Positions 27,701 through 36,809 of a stretch of DNA of 64,000 nt are shown here, piece after piece. Numbering within the stretch: position 1 is the stretch's first letter; every line of letters starts with the position of its first letter. The DNA comes from Eubacteriales bacterium (GTDB lineage: Bacteria > Bacillota > Clostridia > Oscillospirales > CAG-272): positions 1,512 to 65,511 of the forward strand of contig JAZKYE010000012.1 in assembly GCA_045611965.1 (NCBI GenBank). Reading direction: 5' to 3'. Under the pieces are notes generated by a model. It had not been told where the DNA came from, made no database searches, and saw nothing but the letters and a program-made list of their open reading frames with translations. The position numbers and the translations under genes were made by a program.

Positions 27701-29013
27701 TATTTTACAAACTCATTGTATATTGCTTTAAGCGCGGTAATGTAATCGTTAGAGTCAACACCTACGATGATATTAAGCTCGCAAGAGCCCTGGTCTATCA
27801 TGCGGATGTTAACGCCAGACTGCGCTAATGCGTTGAATATTCTTGCCGCAGTTCCCTTTGCCTTAACCATACCGCGTCCTACGACTGCGATAAGAGCAAG
27901 GTTTTCCTCAACAAATATATTCTCGGGGTTAACCGCCTTACAGATGTCTGCCATAATGTCAGCACGCTTTTGAGTAAGCTCTTTTGAATGAACTACAACG
28001 GAAAGCGTATCAATGCCCGAAGGAAGATGCTCGAACACGAGTCCGTTATCCTCTATTGCCTGAAGCACGCGTCTGCCAAAGCCAAGCTCGGCATTCATCA
28101 TATCCTTTTCAACCGTGATGGTTGAGAAGCCGACCTTACCTGCAATACCCGTGATAACGACATCACTCACCTCGTCAGACTCGTGAACGATGAAGGTTCC
28201 CTTGTCCTCAGGACGGTTAGTATTCTTGATGTTTATCGGAATTTTCGAATATCTTACGGGGAAAATAGCATCCTCGTGAAGAACGGTAGCACCCATATAA
28301 GAGAGCTCGCGAAGCTCTTTGTAGGTAATGGTATCAATTACCCTCGGGTTGCTGATGCACCTCGGGTCGGCCATAAGGAAGCCCGATACGTCGGTCCAGT
28401 TCTCGTAAAGAGTAGCGCTTGCCGCTCTTGCTACGATAGAGCCCGTGATATCGCTTCCGCCGCGCGAGAAGGTCTTGATAGTGCCGTTAGGCATAGAGCC
28501 GTAGAAGCCGGGAATTACGGCATGGTCGTACTTCTGAAGGTATTCAGTAAGCACATCGTTGGTCTTTTCTGCGTTAAAAGAGCCGTCCTCGTTGAAGAAA
28601 ATAACCTTTTTGGCATCAATGAAGCTGAAGCCAAGGTATTTAGCAAGCACAAGCGCGTTAAGATACTCACCTCTGGATGCGATATAATCGCGTCCTGACG
28701 AATGGTTGAGCGACATTCTTATTTTATCAAAAATCTCACTTAAATCAAGGTCAATGCCGAGCTCGTTGATAATATCGTTATATCTCGACTTGACTTCTTC
28801 AAACACCTCGCTGACATCCTCGTCGTTGCTTGCAAGCTCGTAGCACTTGTAAAGAAGGTCGGTAACCTTGATGTCACCGCTCTTTCTCTTTCCGGGTGCA
28901 GATGCAACTACGTACTTTCTTTGGGGATCAGCCTTGACAATTTCGGCAACTCTCTCAAAATGCTTGGCATCAGCAAGCGAGCTTCCGCCAAACTTAAGCA
29001 CCTTAAGTCCCAT
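27700..29013 (-). CDS. aspartate kinase
   Basis: 437 aa. N-terminal KVLKFGGSSLAD and C-terminal ACT-domain repeats (ALIAVVG.GM, N.RMIDQGSCE.N). Confidence 0.88.
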   Translation of the reverse strand: MGLKVLKFGGSSLADAKHFERVAEIVKADPQRKYVVASAPGKRKSGDIKVTDLLYKCYELASNDEDVSEVFEEVKSRYNDIINELGIDLDLSEIFDKIRMSLNHSSGRDYIASRGEYLNALVLAKYLGFSFIDAKKVIFFNEDGSFNAEKTNDVLTEYLQKYDHAVIPGFYGSMPNGTIKTFSRGGSDITGSIVARAASATLYENWTDVSGFLMADPRCISNPRVIDTITYKELRELSYMGATVLHEDAIFPVRYSKIPINIKNTNRPEDKGTFIVHESDEVSDVVITGIAGKVGFSTITVEKDMMNAELGFGRRVLQAIEDNGLVFEHLPSGIDTLSVVVHSKELTQKRADIMADICKAVNPENIFVEENLALIAVVGRGMVKAKGTAARIFNALAQSGVNIRMIDQGSCELNIIVGVDSNDYITALKAIYNEFVK

Positions 29014-29057
29014 TGTTAATTCTCCTTGGTTTTTTAGATGATAAATTTACATTCTAT

Positions 29058-29086
29058 ATTATATGAAAGATAACGAAATTTGTCAA
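29058..29086 (-). promoter_or_regulatory. sigma-A type promoter for aspartate kinase
   Basis: Minus strand reads exact TTGACA-17 nt-TATAAT. Leader is only about 40 nt. Confidence 0.6.
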
Positions 29087-29109
29087 TAGATATTTTATAT
29101 TTATTTATA

Positions 29110-29159
29110 AATAAAATGCTCTTCCGACACCGAAATAGCAAAACGGTATGGAAGAGCAT
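29110..29159 (-). terminator. intrinsic terminator after the 29179 gene
   Basis: ATGCTCTTCC...GGAAGAGCAT stem with TTTT on the minus strand. Confidence 0.65.
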
Positions 29160-29178
29160 ATTTTAATATCGAAAAGGC

Positions 29179-30000
29179 TTAAAGAGTTTCGAAGATTTCT
29201 TCAAGGTATTGCTTTGCATAAAGAATATCCTTTACCTGATCAGGGCCGGAAATCTCGCGCTCGATAGTAATTGCGCCGTCAAAGCCGCACGCGTGAAGCT
29301 TCGGAAGAAGCTGCTTGAAGTTTGCCTTACCGTCGCCAATTCTTACCTCTTTACCAAGAAATCTTGGGTCGGTAGGATAAACACCGTCCTTGCCGTGAAC
29401 ACCCATAACGAGGTGTCCGAATGTATCAAGGGCGTCAACGGGGTTTGCCTTGCCGTACATTATGAGGTTTGCGGGGTCAAGGTTAATACCGAGATTATTC
29501 GTGCCTACGTCGGTAATAATACGAAGAAGAGTTATGGGCGTTTCCTGACCTGTTTCGAAAAGAACGTAAATTCCCTTCTCTTTTGCATAATTTGCAACCT
29601 CTGACACCGCCTCAACAACACCGCGATATTCGTCGGTGTTCGGGCACTCGGGAATAAATCCCATATGGGTTACCATATGAGCCACGCCAAGCATCTTTGC
29701 AAAGTCAATGCCTGCCTTAAGGTCGATAATTCTATCAGCGCGATATTCAACGGGAACTATTCCAAGCGTTGCGTTGCCCTCGATGAAGTTCCATCTTGTA
29801 GGTCCGCGCCAGCCGCGCCAGAGTGCCGAAATCTCAACACCGTTTTCCTTCGCAGTAGCGGTTATGTCATCTGCAAGCTCTTGGGTAAGCTCTTCGCTTG
29901 CACACCAAGCAACGAGCTGGCAGGATGCTATTCCGTATTCCTTAGCCTTTATAAAATCCTCTTTGTACTTTTTAAGAGATACGATTACACCCGTTTTCAT
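29179..30000 (-). CDS. sugar phosphate isomerase/epimerase (xylose isomerase-like TIM barrel)
   Basis: 273 aa with the pattern typical of this family (ETGQE, INLDPANL, HGKD). Confidence 0.75.
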   Translation of the reverse strand: MKTGVIVSLKKYKEDFIKAKEYGIASCQLVAWCASEELTQELADDITATAKENGVEISALWRGWRGPTRWNFIEGNATLGIVPVEYRADRIIDLKAGIDFAKMLGVAHMVTHMGFIPECPNTDEYRGVVEAVSEVANYAKEKGIYVLFETGQETPITLLRIITDVGTNNLGINLDPANLIMYGKANPVDALDTFGHLVMGVHGKDGVYPTDPRFLGKEVRIGDGKANFKQLLPKLHACGFDGAITIEREISGPDQVKDILYAKQYLEEIFETL

Positions 30001-31061
30001 ACAATTTCAACCTCCTTGCCAAGCTCGCTTGACTTATATATACCGTCGAGCATTTTCATAAGAGTAATGCCGTCCTCGGCAATAGAGTATGTATCCTCAT
30101 CGTTTACGATAGCATTAACGAAATAGTTGATTTCATTCTGGAATATATCATTCATATCGAATGCGGTTTTCATATCAAAAGTTACGTTTGAAAGATAGCC
30201 GCCGATATCGGTATAAAGCTCAACGTCACCGTCAAGATAGATACCGCCCTTCGTACCAAAAAGCTCGATTTTAGTCGAGTTTTTCTTGATATTAAGAGAA
30301 AAGCTTGTGTCTATCGTAAGAACTGCGCCGTTATCAAAAGTTATAAACGCAGTAGCAAGATCCTCTACGTCGAAGATATCCTTGTTTGTTTTAGAAACCG
30401 AGGTATAATCAACCTTGTCCTTGATATTGGGGCGATTTCCGAGCTTCTTGAAGGCTCTACCGCTGACTGATACAGGTTTGGGATTACCCATAAGGTAGCG
30501 CACGAGGTCGATTACGTGTACTCCAAGGTCGATAAGCGGTCCACCGCCCGAGCGCGATTTATCACCGAACCAGCCCCCGGGACATCCGTTACGGCGAAGA
30601 TATGATGCCTTTGCATAGTAAAGCTCACCGACAGAGCCCGCGTCCATAAAATCTCTGATAACCTTGGTATCCTTACCAAAGCGTCTTACAAAGCCAACCA
30701 TAAGCTTTTTGCCGACGCGTCTTGCCGTATCAAGCATTTTCTTCGCATCGTCTGCGTTGGTTGCCATAGGCTTTTCGCATAGAACGTGCTTTCCGGCCTC
30801 AAGCGCCATAATGGTGCATGGCGCGTGCGCGCTGTTCCATGTGCAGATGCTCACCGCATCTATTTCAGGCAGCTCATCAAGCATGGTCTTTTCGTCAGTA
30901 TAAAGACGGGTTATGCCGTAAGCCTCACCCTTTGCATTAAGAACCTTCTCGTTAATGTCGCAGAATGCGTAAACCTCAACGGCAGGGTTTGCAAGATAGG
31001 AATTGATGTGGTACTTTGATATTCCACCGACACCGACTACGGCTATCTTAATTTTATCCAT
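29997..31061 (-). CDS. Gfo/Idh/MocA family oxidoreductase
   Basis: ATG at 31061 after ACGGAGGT. Rossmann N-terminus KIAVVGVGGISKYH and an EKP motif (VLCEKPMA). ATGA-type overlap with the downstream gene. Confidence 0.82.
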   Translation of the reverse strand: MDKIKIAVVGVGGISKYHINSYLANPAVEVYAFCDINEKVLNAKGEAYGITRLYTDEKTMLDELPEIDAVSICTWNSAHAPCTIMALEAGKHVLCEKPMATNADDAKKMLDTARRVGKKLMVGFVRRFGKDTKVIRDFMDAGSVGELYYAKASYLRRNGCPGGWFGDKSRSGGGPLIDLGVHVIDLVRYLMGNPKPVSVSGRAFKKLGNRPNIKDKVDYTSVSKTNKDIFDVEDLATAFITFDNGAVLTIDTSFSLNIKKNSTKIELFGTKGGIYLDGDVELYTDIGGYLSNVTFDMKTAFDMNDIFQNEINYFVNAIVNDEDTYSIAEDGITLMKMLDGIYKSSELGKEVEIV

Positions 31062-31188
31062 ATATACCTCCGTTATTTTATCGGGTATAATCACCCGTTT
31101 TTATAAGTATAATACAAAATATGACCAATGTCAATACTATCAACCGTTATATTAAAGCATAGCATTAAACAATAAGGATTTAATATTT

Positions 31189-32235
31189 ATGCCATTAATG
31201 ATTTTTTTGTTTATTCTCGGAATTTTCTTTTTACTTTCCGGTGGAAATATCTTCGTTGACGGCGCGTGCGCTCTTGCGAAGCGTTATAAGATGCCAGAGG
31301 CTCTTATCGGTGCAACCGTCGTATCAATAGGTACGACATTGCCAGAGGTCACCGTATCAGCAAGCGCCGCAATAGCAGGTGCAGGTGAGGTTGCCTACGG
31401 CAACGCGATCGGCTCAATAATATGCAACACCGCTTTTATTGCCGCACTTACAATAGCTATAAAGCCATATAAGGCAGAGCGAAAAGCAATAATTATACCC
31501 GTAATTTTCTTCTTTATTGCGGTGGCTATCTATTCCTTCGTCAGCTATACCGCATCGTATTTTTCAAGAGGCGTTGGCATTTTGCTTATAAGCCTGTTTT
31601 TGATTTATATTACCGTCGCGGTATTATTTGATAAATCAAAGAATAAGCACCAAAATGCAGGTGAAGAAGGTGCTATAAACGTTCGTGTGAAGGAAGAAAA
31701 GCTACCGCTGAAAAAAGAGCTTCTGATGCAAATTAAGGGTGAGCGCACAAGCCTCATAAGAGAGGTGCTTATGCTTATTCTCGGTGCGGCACTTATTGCA
31801 TTTGGCGCTGATTTTGTGGTGGACGGCGCTATTGCAATTGCAAACAGAATAGGAATTGCTCAAACCGTAATATCACTGACTGTCGTTGCCATAGGCACTT
31901 CCCTGCCCGAGCTTATTACAGCAGTAACCTCGGTGGTTAAGGGGCACGGCGCAATCTCTATCGGTAACATTATCGGTGCAAATCTTTTGAATTTAGTCCT
32001 TGTTAGCGGTATCAGCATTGCTATAAGCCCGTTTTCAGTACCGACAAGCGCTGTTATATTTACAAAAAACGCATCCCTAGTCCTCGATATACCTCTGATG
32101 CTTTTAGCTATGCTGATTTTAACCCTGCCGCCTTTAATCAGGGGCAGGCTTTACAGATGGCAAGGAATTGCCCTGCTGTCACTCTACGGCATATTTCTTT
32201 TCTGTCAGATATTGCTGGTTAGTCCAGCTGTGTAG
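31189..32235 (+). CDS. Ca2+/Na+ antiporter (CaCA family, YrbG-like)
   Basis: 348 aa. Two internal alpha-repeats GNAIGSIICN and GNIIGANLLN, multi-TM. Confidence 0.85.
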   Translation: MPLMIFLFILGIFFLLSGGNIFVDGACALAKRYKMPEALIGATVVSIGTTLPEVTVSASAAIAGAGEVAYGNAIGSIICNTAFIAALTIAIKPYKAERKAIIIPVIFFFIAVAIYSFVSYTASYFSRGVGILLISLFLIYITVAVLFDKSKNKHQNAGEEGAINVRVKEEKLPLKKELLMQIKGERTSLIREVLMLILGAALIAFGADFVVDGAIAIANRIGIAQTVISLTVVAIGTSLPELITAVTSVVKGHGAISIGNIIGANLLNLVLVSGISIAISPFSVPTSAVIFTKNASLVLDIPLMLLAMLILTLPPLIRGRLYRWQGIALLSLYGIFLFCQILLVSPAV

Positions 32236-32237
32236 CT

Positions 32238-33017
32238 TTATTTTAAAAAGCTTTTTTCAATATCGTATATAACCTCGGCAACAGCGCCATCATTTGCAGG
32301 GACGGTTATTTTATCGGCATACCGTAAAAGCTCGGGCACAGAGCCCTCGACTGCGTATGCGACGTCTGCTTCTTCAAGCAGGGTAATATCGTTTTCGTAG
32401 TCACCGACACCAACGGTAAGGCGCGCGCCTATCTTCTCGGCAACGCGCTTTATTGCCGCGCCCTTACTATTCTCTTTTTTCAGAATTTCAAGGCTGATTT
32501 CCCAGCTTCTTACCGCGATATAGTCACGAAGGTCGAGCGAGTTTGCCACCCTGACCCCCTGCTCTGCGTGCTCGGGGGTGTCAGAGCGCAGAAGCACCTT
32601 GTAAAGCCGTTTCTTACGGTGGGCATCTACCGTGTTCATAAACTCGTCCACCGTAAGCTCGTAGGGCTCGGGATGCTCGTCATCGTAAAGCGCTATCGTT
32701 TTGTAATGAAGGTCGCGGGAAAGAAGCTCATTTAATATCTCAAAGAGATATTCATCGCAAAAGCCTTGATAAAGAAGGTCGTCAGTTTCCGTGTCAATGA
32801 TATACGCGCCATTGTAGCATATGGTATAGGTGTTTACCCGTACTGTATCCTTGAAGCTCATCAGGTATTTAAAGTATCTTCCGCTACAAATAGTAAAGCT
32901 TCCGCCGTTTTGTTGAAAATAATCGATAGCTTCAATGTTTTTCTTCGGAATGTTTCCGTTTATGGCAAGTGTTCCGTCCCAATCGGACGCTAACAATATA
33001 CCGTCAAATTTTCCCAT
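32238..33017 (-). CDS. HAD-IIB (Cof-type) phosphatase
   Basis: SDWDGTLA (DxDxT motif I) and GVGDYENDITLL (motif IV). Confidence 0.8.
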   Translation of the reverse strand: MGKFDGILLASDWDGTLAINGNIPKKNIEAIDYFQQNGGSFTICSGRYFKYLMSFKDTVRVNTYTICYNGAYIIDTETDDLLYQGFCDEYLFEILNELLSRDLHYKTIALYDDEHPEPYELTVDEFMNTVDAHRKKRLYKVLLRSDTPEHAEQGVRVANSLDLRDYIAVRSWEISLEILKKENSKGAAIKRVAEKIGARLTVGVGDYENDITLLEEADVAYAVEGSVPELLRYADKITVPANDGAVAEVIYDIEKSFLK

Positions 33018-33051
33018 TTTTTAACCTCTGGTGTTACCGCGAGAAAAGGCA

Positions 33052-35286
33052 TTAATCCCTGAAAATATCAAGCAGGTCCTTGCGGTATTTAATGAATAGA
33101 TATAGCCAAAGTGCCGCGCAAACAATGCCCACAGCGACATATACGAGATATGGGAAGTATCTGTGCGAAACTACCTTGTCAAAAAGATTTTTGAGAGGAT
33201 TATCAAGCGGCTCGTCAGGCTGCCCAGCAGGAATTTGGTCGGGCTCGGTATCGGGTGTTGTATCGGGCTTGGGTATGGGCTCTGCCTCGCTACCTGCGTT
33301 ACCGCCATCGTTATTGCCACCTGATGTCCCACCGCTTACATCACCCTCGGTTGTGGGCGGTGTCGTGGGCTCTGACGGTGTGTCGCCACCCTCTGTGCCG
33401 TCATCGGGTGTAGGTGTGGGCGCAGGCGGTGTATCGCTATCGTCGTTCGGCTGGTTGTAGGGGTTATCCGATGCCTCGACAAAGTCATAAACGCGGTTTG
33501 CTTCGGGTGTGTTCCACACCGACCAGATAGGACCGACGGGAATCAGATTCATCGGCGTTCCCGTAAGATAATTCTGGAAGAAGAAGCTCTCTGCCTCGGC
33601 AGGAACGAAGTATGCGTAAAGCATCTTATATTCGCAATATACAATATCACCGATAGCGGCAGTATATCTGTTATCCCCTGCTACTTTATAAATAAGCTTT
33701 GCGGTTTCCGACCATTGCTCGGTCTCGGGCGCGCGGAAGTAAACGTGTACGCCCTCAATATATTCGACTGTGATTTCAATATCCTCGTCGGGCATAGAGA
33801 AAACAATGTCGGCTGGGGCTATAATTTGCGTTTTTTCAGCGTTAGCATAGTAAAAATCGCAGTATGTAGTTAAGGGATGCTTTTCCCCGTCAACTATCAT
33901 ACTTACCGATTTGAATACATAACCGTCCTCAGGAAGAATGCTTACCGTAACAAAATCAAGATAATGTGCCTCGGTCAGATCAATAGTAAAATCGCCGCCA
34001 AACTCGCTTGGAATTTTTGTTATGGTGTAAAGAGGGTCGTACGTTGGCTCTTCGATATAGAGATATACACTTTCAGTTGGCATAGTGAAGCTTATCTCAT
34101 ACACCTCGCGCTCATCAAAGCTTGTGACCTGAAGGTCATAGGGGAGATCCTCGTATGAATATGTAAAGAGGTTTATTGAAAAATCATCCGCGGTCAGTCC
34201 ATCGTACGGGAAAATTCTTATATAAACGGTTTCATTATAGAGCACGGTGTAATGGTAGAGCTCTTCGTCAAGATAGAATCTGTACGCGTTATCGCTGTAA
34301 TAGTTAATAAGGTTTAAATAACCGTAGCCCTGCATACGCGAAACTGTAAATTCGTCGTTAGCTACAAGCGTCATTTCGCCATTGTCGTCAAATTCAAGCG
34401 TGCTGAGTCCCCCGCCAAAGGTCATCTCGTAACCGTAAGGAAGCATATTGCTCGTAACGGTAATATCGGAAGCTGCAACGAAGGTAGCGTTTGTAAACTC
34501 AAATTCGTAGTCAAGTACAGTCGGAAAATACGGCGTTTTGATGTATGTGGGGGTGTCAAAATCTTGTGCGAGGTTTACGTATGCCAAAGTTTCAACGTCG
34601 TAGCATCCGTCAGGTGACACATATTCACCACCGTATAATGTCAGAATTGGAAGAAACGTCGGGTCAATATCCACGCTGACAATAGCAGGTCCTGCGGTGC
34701 CCTCGATGTATGAGTTTGAAGAAATCGAAATGCTTGACAACAGATGCGAGTTATCTGATATCTCATCTATGTATATAGCATTTTCACCGATAAGCTTGAT
34801 GTCATCAATATCAAGAAGTACATTAGATTGATTTGTGCCACCGACATATACCGCTGCGCCGCCCGTGACCTCAATTACGCCCTTGGCGTCGCTATCATCA
34901 TCGTTATAGTAGCTGTTGGCGAGTGTAAAGGTGGTGCAATTCTCTATATAGAATAACCCCTTGTCGGATGAAGGCAGGTCAGCGTTAAGTGTATGTCTAT
35001 CAAGCCATATTGAATATGCGCGACTGTCTGAAAATACTATGGGTGAGTTAAATGTTATATCCTTAAGAATGCGGATGGTAACATCGTAATAATGAGAATA
35101 TTCACCGCCGTCGCTTACTGCATTTAAAAGATCGGATATAGTATCAAACTCAATCCAGCTTTCATAGTCGTCTGATAGAAGTGCGGCCTCGGGCAACTCT
35201 TGTGCTGATGAACAAATCGCAAAAGCAAAAAAGGTACAGATCACCAAGGTAAGTCCTGTCAATAGGTAAAGAAATCTTTTTTTCAT
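33052..35286 (-). CDS. large secreted, C-terminally membrane-anchored surface protein of unknown function
   Basis: 744 aa. N-terminal signal peptide, Pro/Thr/Gly/Asp-rich stalk, single C-terminal TM (YLVYVAVGIVCAALWLYLFI) with a basic tail. No LPXTG. Confidence 0.7.
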   Translation of the reverse strand: MKKRFLYLLTGLTLVICTFFAFAICSSAQELPEAALLSDDYESWIEFDTISDLLNAVSDGGEYSHYYDVTIRILKDITFNSPIVFSDSRAYSIWLDRHTLNADLPSSDKGLFYIENCTTFTLANSYYNDDDSDAKGVIEVTGGAAVYVGGTNQSNVLLDIDDIKLIGENAIYIDEISDNSHLLSSISISSNSYIEGTAGPAIVSVDIDPTFLPILTLYGGEYVSPDGCYDVETLAYVNLAQDFDTPTYIKTPYFPTVLDYEFEFTNATFVAASDITVTSNMLPYGYEMTFGGGLSTLEFDDNGEMTLVANDEFTVSRMQGYGYLNLINYYSDNAYRFYLDEELYHYTVLYNETVYIRIFPYDGLTADDFSINLFTYSYEDLPYDLQVTSFDEREVYEISFTMPTESVYLYIEEPTYDPLYTITKIPSEFGGDFTIDLTEAHYLDFVTVSILPEDGYVFKSVSMIVDGEKHPLTTYCDFYYANAEKTQIIAPADIVFSMPDEDIEITVEYIEGVHVYFRAPETEQWSETAKLIYKVAGDNRYTAAIGDIVYCEYKMLYAYFVPAEAESFFFQNYLTGTPMNLIPVGPIWSVWNTPEANRVYDFVEASDNPYNQPNDDSDTPPAPTPTPDDGTEGGDTPSEPTTPPTTEGDVSGGTSGGNNDGGNAGSEAEPIPKPDTTPDTEPDQIPAGQPDEPLDNPLKNLFDKVVSHRYFPYLVYVAVGIVCAALWLYLFIKYRKDLLDIFRD

Positions 35287-35456
35287 AATCCATGCCCCTT
35301 TTCATATAATTTATATGATTTTATATTAGCACAAAGGTATATTTTTTTCAATCATAGATTGAAGATATTTTCGTGTATAAGAAATTTTCCTGTAAAATTG
35401 TATAAGATTTTTTAACAAGAATTATTATATATAACGAAAATAATCGGAAAAAGCTA

Positions 35457-35485
35457 TTGACAAAGCAAAATTTGTTTGTTATAAT
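35457..35485 (+). promoter_or_regulatory. sigma-A type promoter for tRNA-Ser
   Basis: Exact TTGACA-17 nt-TATAAT, 12 nt upstream of the tRNA 5' end. Confidence 0.65.
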
Positions 35486-35496
35486 GGATAGGTCTT

Positions 35497-35587
35497 GGAG
35501 AGATGGCCGAGTTGGTCTAAGGCGCACGACTGGAAATCGTGTAAACCCTAACCGGTTTCATGGGTTCGAATCCCATTCTCTCCGCCA
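35497..35587 (+). tRNA. tRNA-Ser (anticodon GGA)
   Basis: Acceptor GGAGAGA/TCTCTCC, anticodon stem CACGA/TCGTG with loop CTGGAAA, long variable arm, T-arm GGGTTCGAATCCC, encoded CCA. Confidence 0.93.
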
Positions 35588-35593
35588 AAGGAA

Positions 35594-35648
35594 CAGGTCG
35601 CCCTTGTGGGTGGCCTGTTCCTTTCCCATTGTCGGTGAGAATGCCGCA
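35594..35648 (+). repeat. 55-nt direct repeat, copy 1 (contains a 14-bp GC-rich hairpin)
   Basis: 52/55 identical to 35781-35835. Hairpin GGAACAGGTCGCCC-TTGT-GGGTGGCCTGTTCC starts at 35590. Confidence 0.85.
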
Positions 35649-35702
35649 AGAACCCATTCTTACAAGCGAAGCGAAGTAAGACTGGGTTCGATTACCCCGA
35701 CC
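35631..35702 (+). other. 72-nt degenerate tRNA-like segment
   Basis: Closing stem GTCG/CGAC, AATG/CATT, and CTTAC/GTAAG around a 12-nt loop. T-arm-like GGGTTCGATTACCC. Lacks U8, the GG D-loop and a 7-nt anticodon loop, so it is not a functional tRNA call. Confidence 0.3.
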
Positions 35703-35780
35703 GAAGATCGAAATGCTTGCATTTCAGGCGCAGGTCGTAGGTATCCTCGCTTTTGGCGAGTATCCCAAGTTTGCAAAAAT

Positions 35781-35835
35781 CAGGTCGCCCTTGTGGGTGG
35801 CCTGTTCCTTTCCCTTTGACGGTGAGAATGTCGCA
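35781..35835 (+). repeat. 55-nt direct repeat, copy 2
   Basis: 52/55 identical to copy 1, offset 187 nt. The hairpin keeps 10 bp. Confidence 0.85.
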
Positions 35836-35854
35836 TCGAAGCCACTTTTATAAA

Positions 35855-35887
35855 CAAAAAAGCAAGCGAAAAACGCTTGCTTTTTTG
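35855..35887. terminator. bidirectional intrinsic terminator
   Basis: AGCAAGCG-AAAAA-CGCTTGCT flanked by A5 and T6. Closes both the tRNA-Ser block and the convergent 35893 gene. Confidence 0.8.
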
Positions 35888-35892
35888 CTTTA

Positions 35893-36741
35893 TCACATAT
35901 TAGAAATTCGAGTTGTATATTCTACTGTTTCCGAGGGGCCAAGGATTGGACAACCGCCTTCGATATTAAGTCCGTTTACCTTACCTGCTTGGGGCTCGAT
36001 GCAGATATATTCTGCTTTACCCCTTGCATTATATAAAATCCAATGGTCAAAGTTATCCGATACCTCGTAACTGAAATCACCGACAGTGGCTTTGTTGCCT
36101 GCGGATACGAAATATCCTACCACGTAAATGTCGCGCGAGGGTGAGCCGGTAAGGTATTTTTGCTCTTGCTCGTTAAGAGGCACGTAATTTCCCGTAGGAA
36201 TATCCTTTTTATCGTGCTCTTGCCTGATTTTTATGGGAAGCGTAAAGCTTTCAGGCTCGACGAAGGTTGTGTGCAGGCAGAAAATATACGGCATATTCTT
36301 CGTGTCAATATTCTTTATAACAAACTTCTGTGAGATGCCGCCTTCATCAAGAGAGTATTTCGCTGTAATTTCAAAATTAAAAGGATATACCTCACCGAAA
36401 TTCGTATATTTCATAGTGATTTCAGTAGAGCTTGACGAAATAATTTCAAATGGCTGTCTGTGAACGAGTCCGTGAAGATGCGACTCGGTTCTCGGCTCGT
36501 TTATAGGAAGCTGATAGTCCTTGCCCTCAAAGGAAAATTTGCCAAGATAGGTACGGTTTGCAGGCAAAAGTATGGGCGAACCCTGAATATACGGATTTTT
36601 CGCAAGCTGTTCCTCGTTCTCGAGAGGACGAAGCACGTCAGAGCCGCGGTATTTAAGCGAAGTGAGATTTCCGCCGAGCCTTGGGCAAACGGTAGCTTCC
36701 CAGCTTCCGCATTTAAAAAAATAGGTATCGTTTATACTCAT
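35893..36741 (-). CDS. aldose 1-epimerase family protein
   Basis: ATG at 36741 lies 6 nt after GGAG. ATVCPRLGGNLTSLKY, ESHLHGLV and CIEPQ motifs are typical of the mutarotase fold. Confidence 0.78.
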   Translation of the reverse strand: MSINDTYFFKCGSWEATVCPRLGGNLTSLKYRGSDVLRPLENEEQLAKNPYIQGSPILLPANRTYLGKFSFEGKDYQLPINEPRTESHLHGLVHRQPFEIISSSSTEITMKYTNFGEVYPFNFEITAKYSLDEGGISQKFVIKNIDTKNMPYIFCLHTTFVEPESFTLPIKIRQEHDKKDIPTGNYVPLNEQEQKYLTGSPSRDIYVVGYFVSAGNKATVGDFSYEVSDNFDHWILYNARGKAEYICIEPQAGKVNGLNIEGGCPILGPSETVEYTTRISNM

Positions 36742-36809
36742 TTTTTGCTCCAAAATATAGATTTTTGGCCGATTTATCTCATTTTTGAGGACAAATCGCT
36801 AAACGTTTT

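Noticed and set aside
29014-29057. Expected lysine riboswitch or T-box upstream of aspartate kinase.
   Set aside because: The consensus promoter at 29058-29086 leaves only about 40 nt of leader, too short for an L-box. No such element is present.
35594-35835. Possible mini CRISPR array formed by the 55-nt direct repeat.
   Set aside because: There are only two copies, the repeats are too long, the 132-nt spacer is too long, there are no cas genes, and the repeats sit in a tRNA trailer.
35457-36070. Track ORFs 35457-35819 (120 aa) and 35753-36070 (105 aa).
   Set aside because: The first reads straight through tRNA-Ser and the repeat block. The second runs into the convergent aldose-epimerase gene. 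Neither has an SD, and their products mirror the repeated hairpin sequence.
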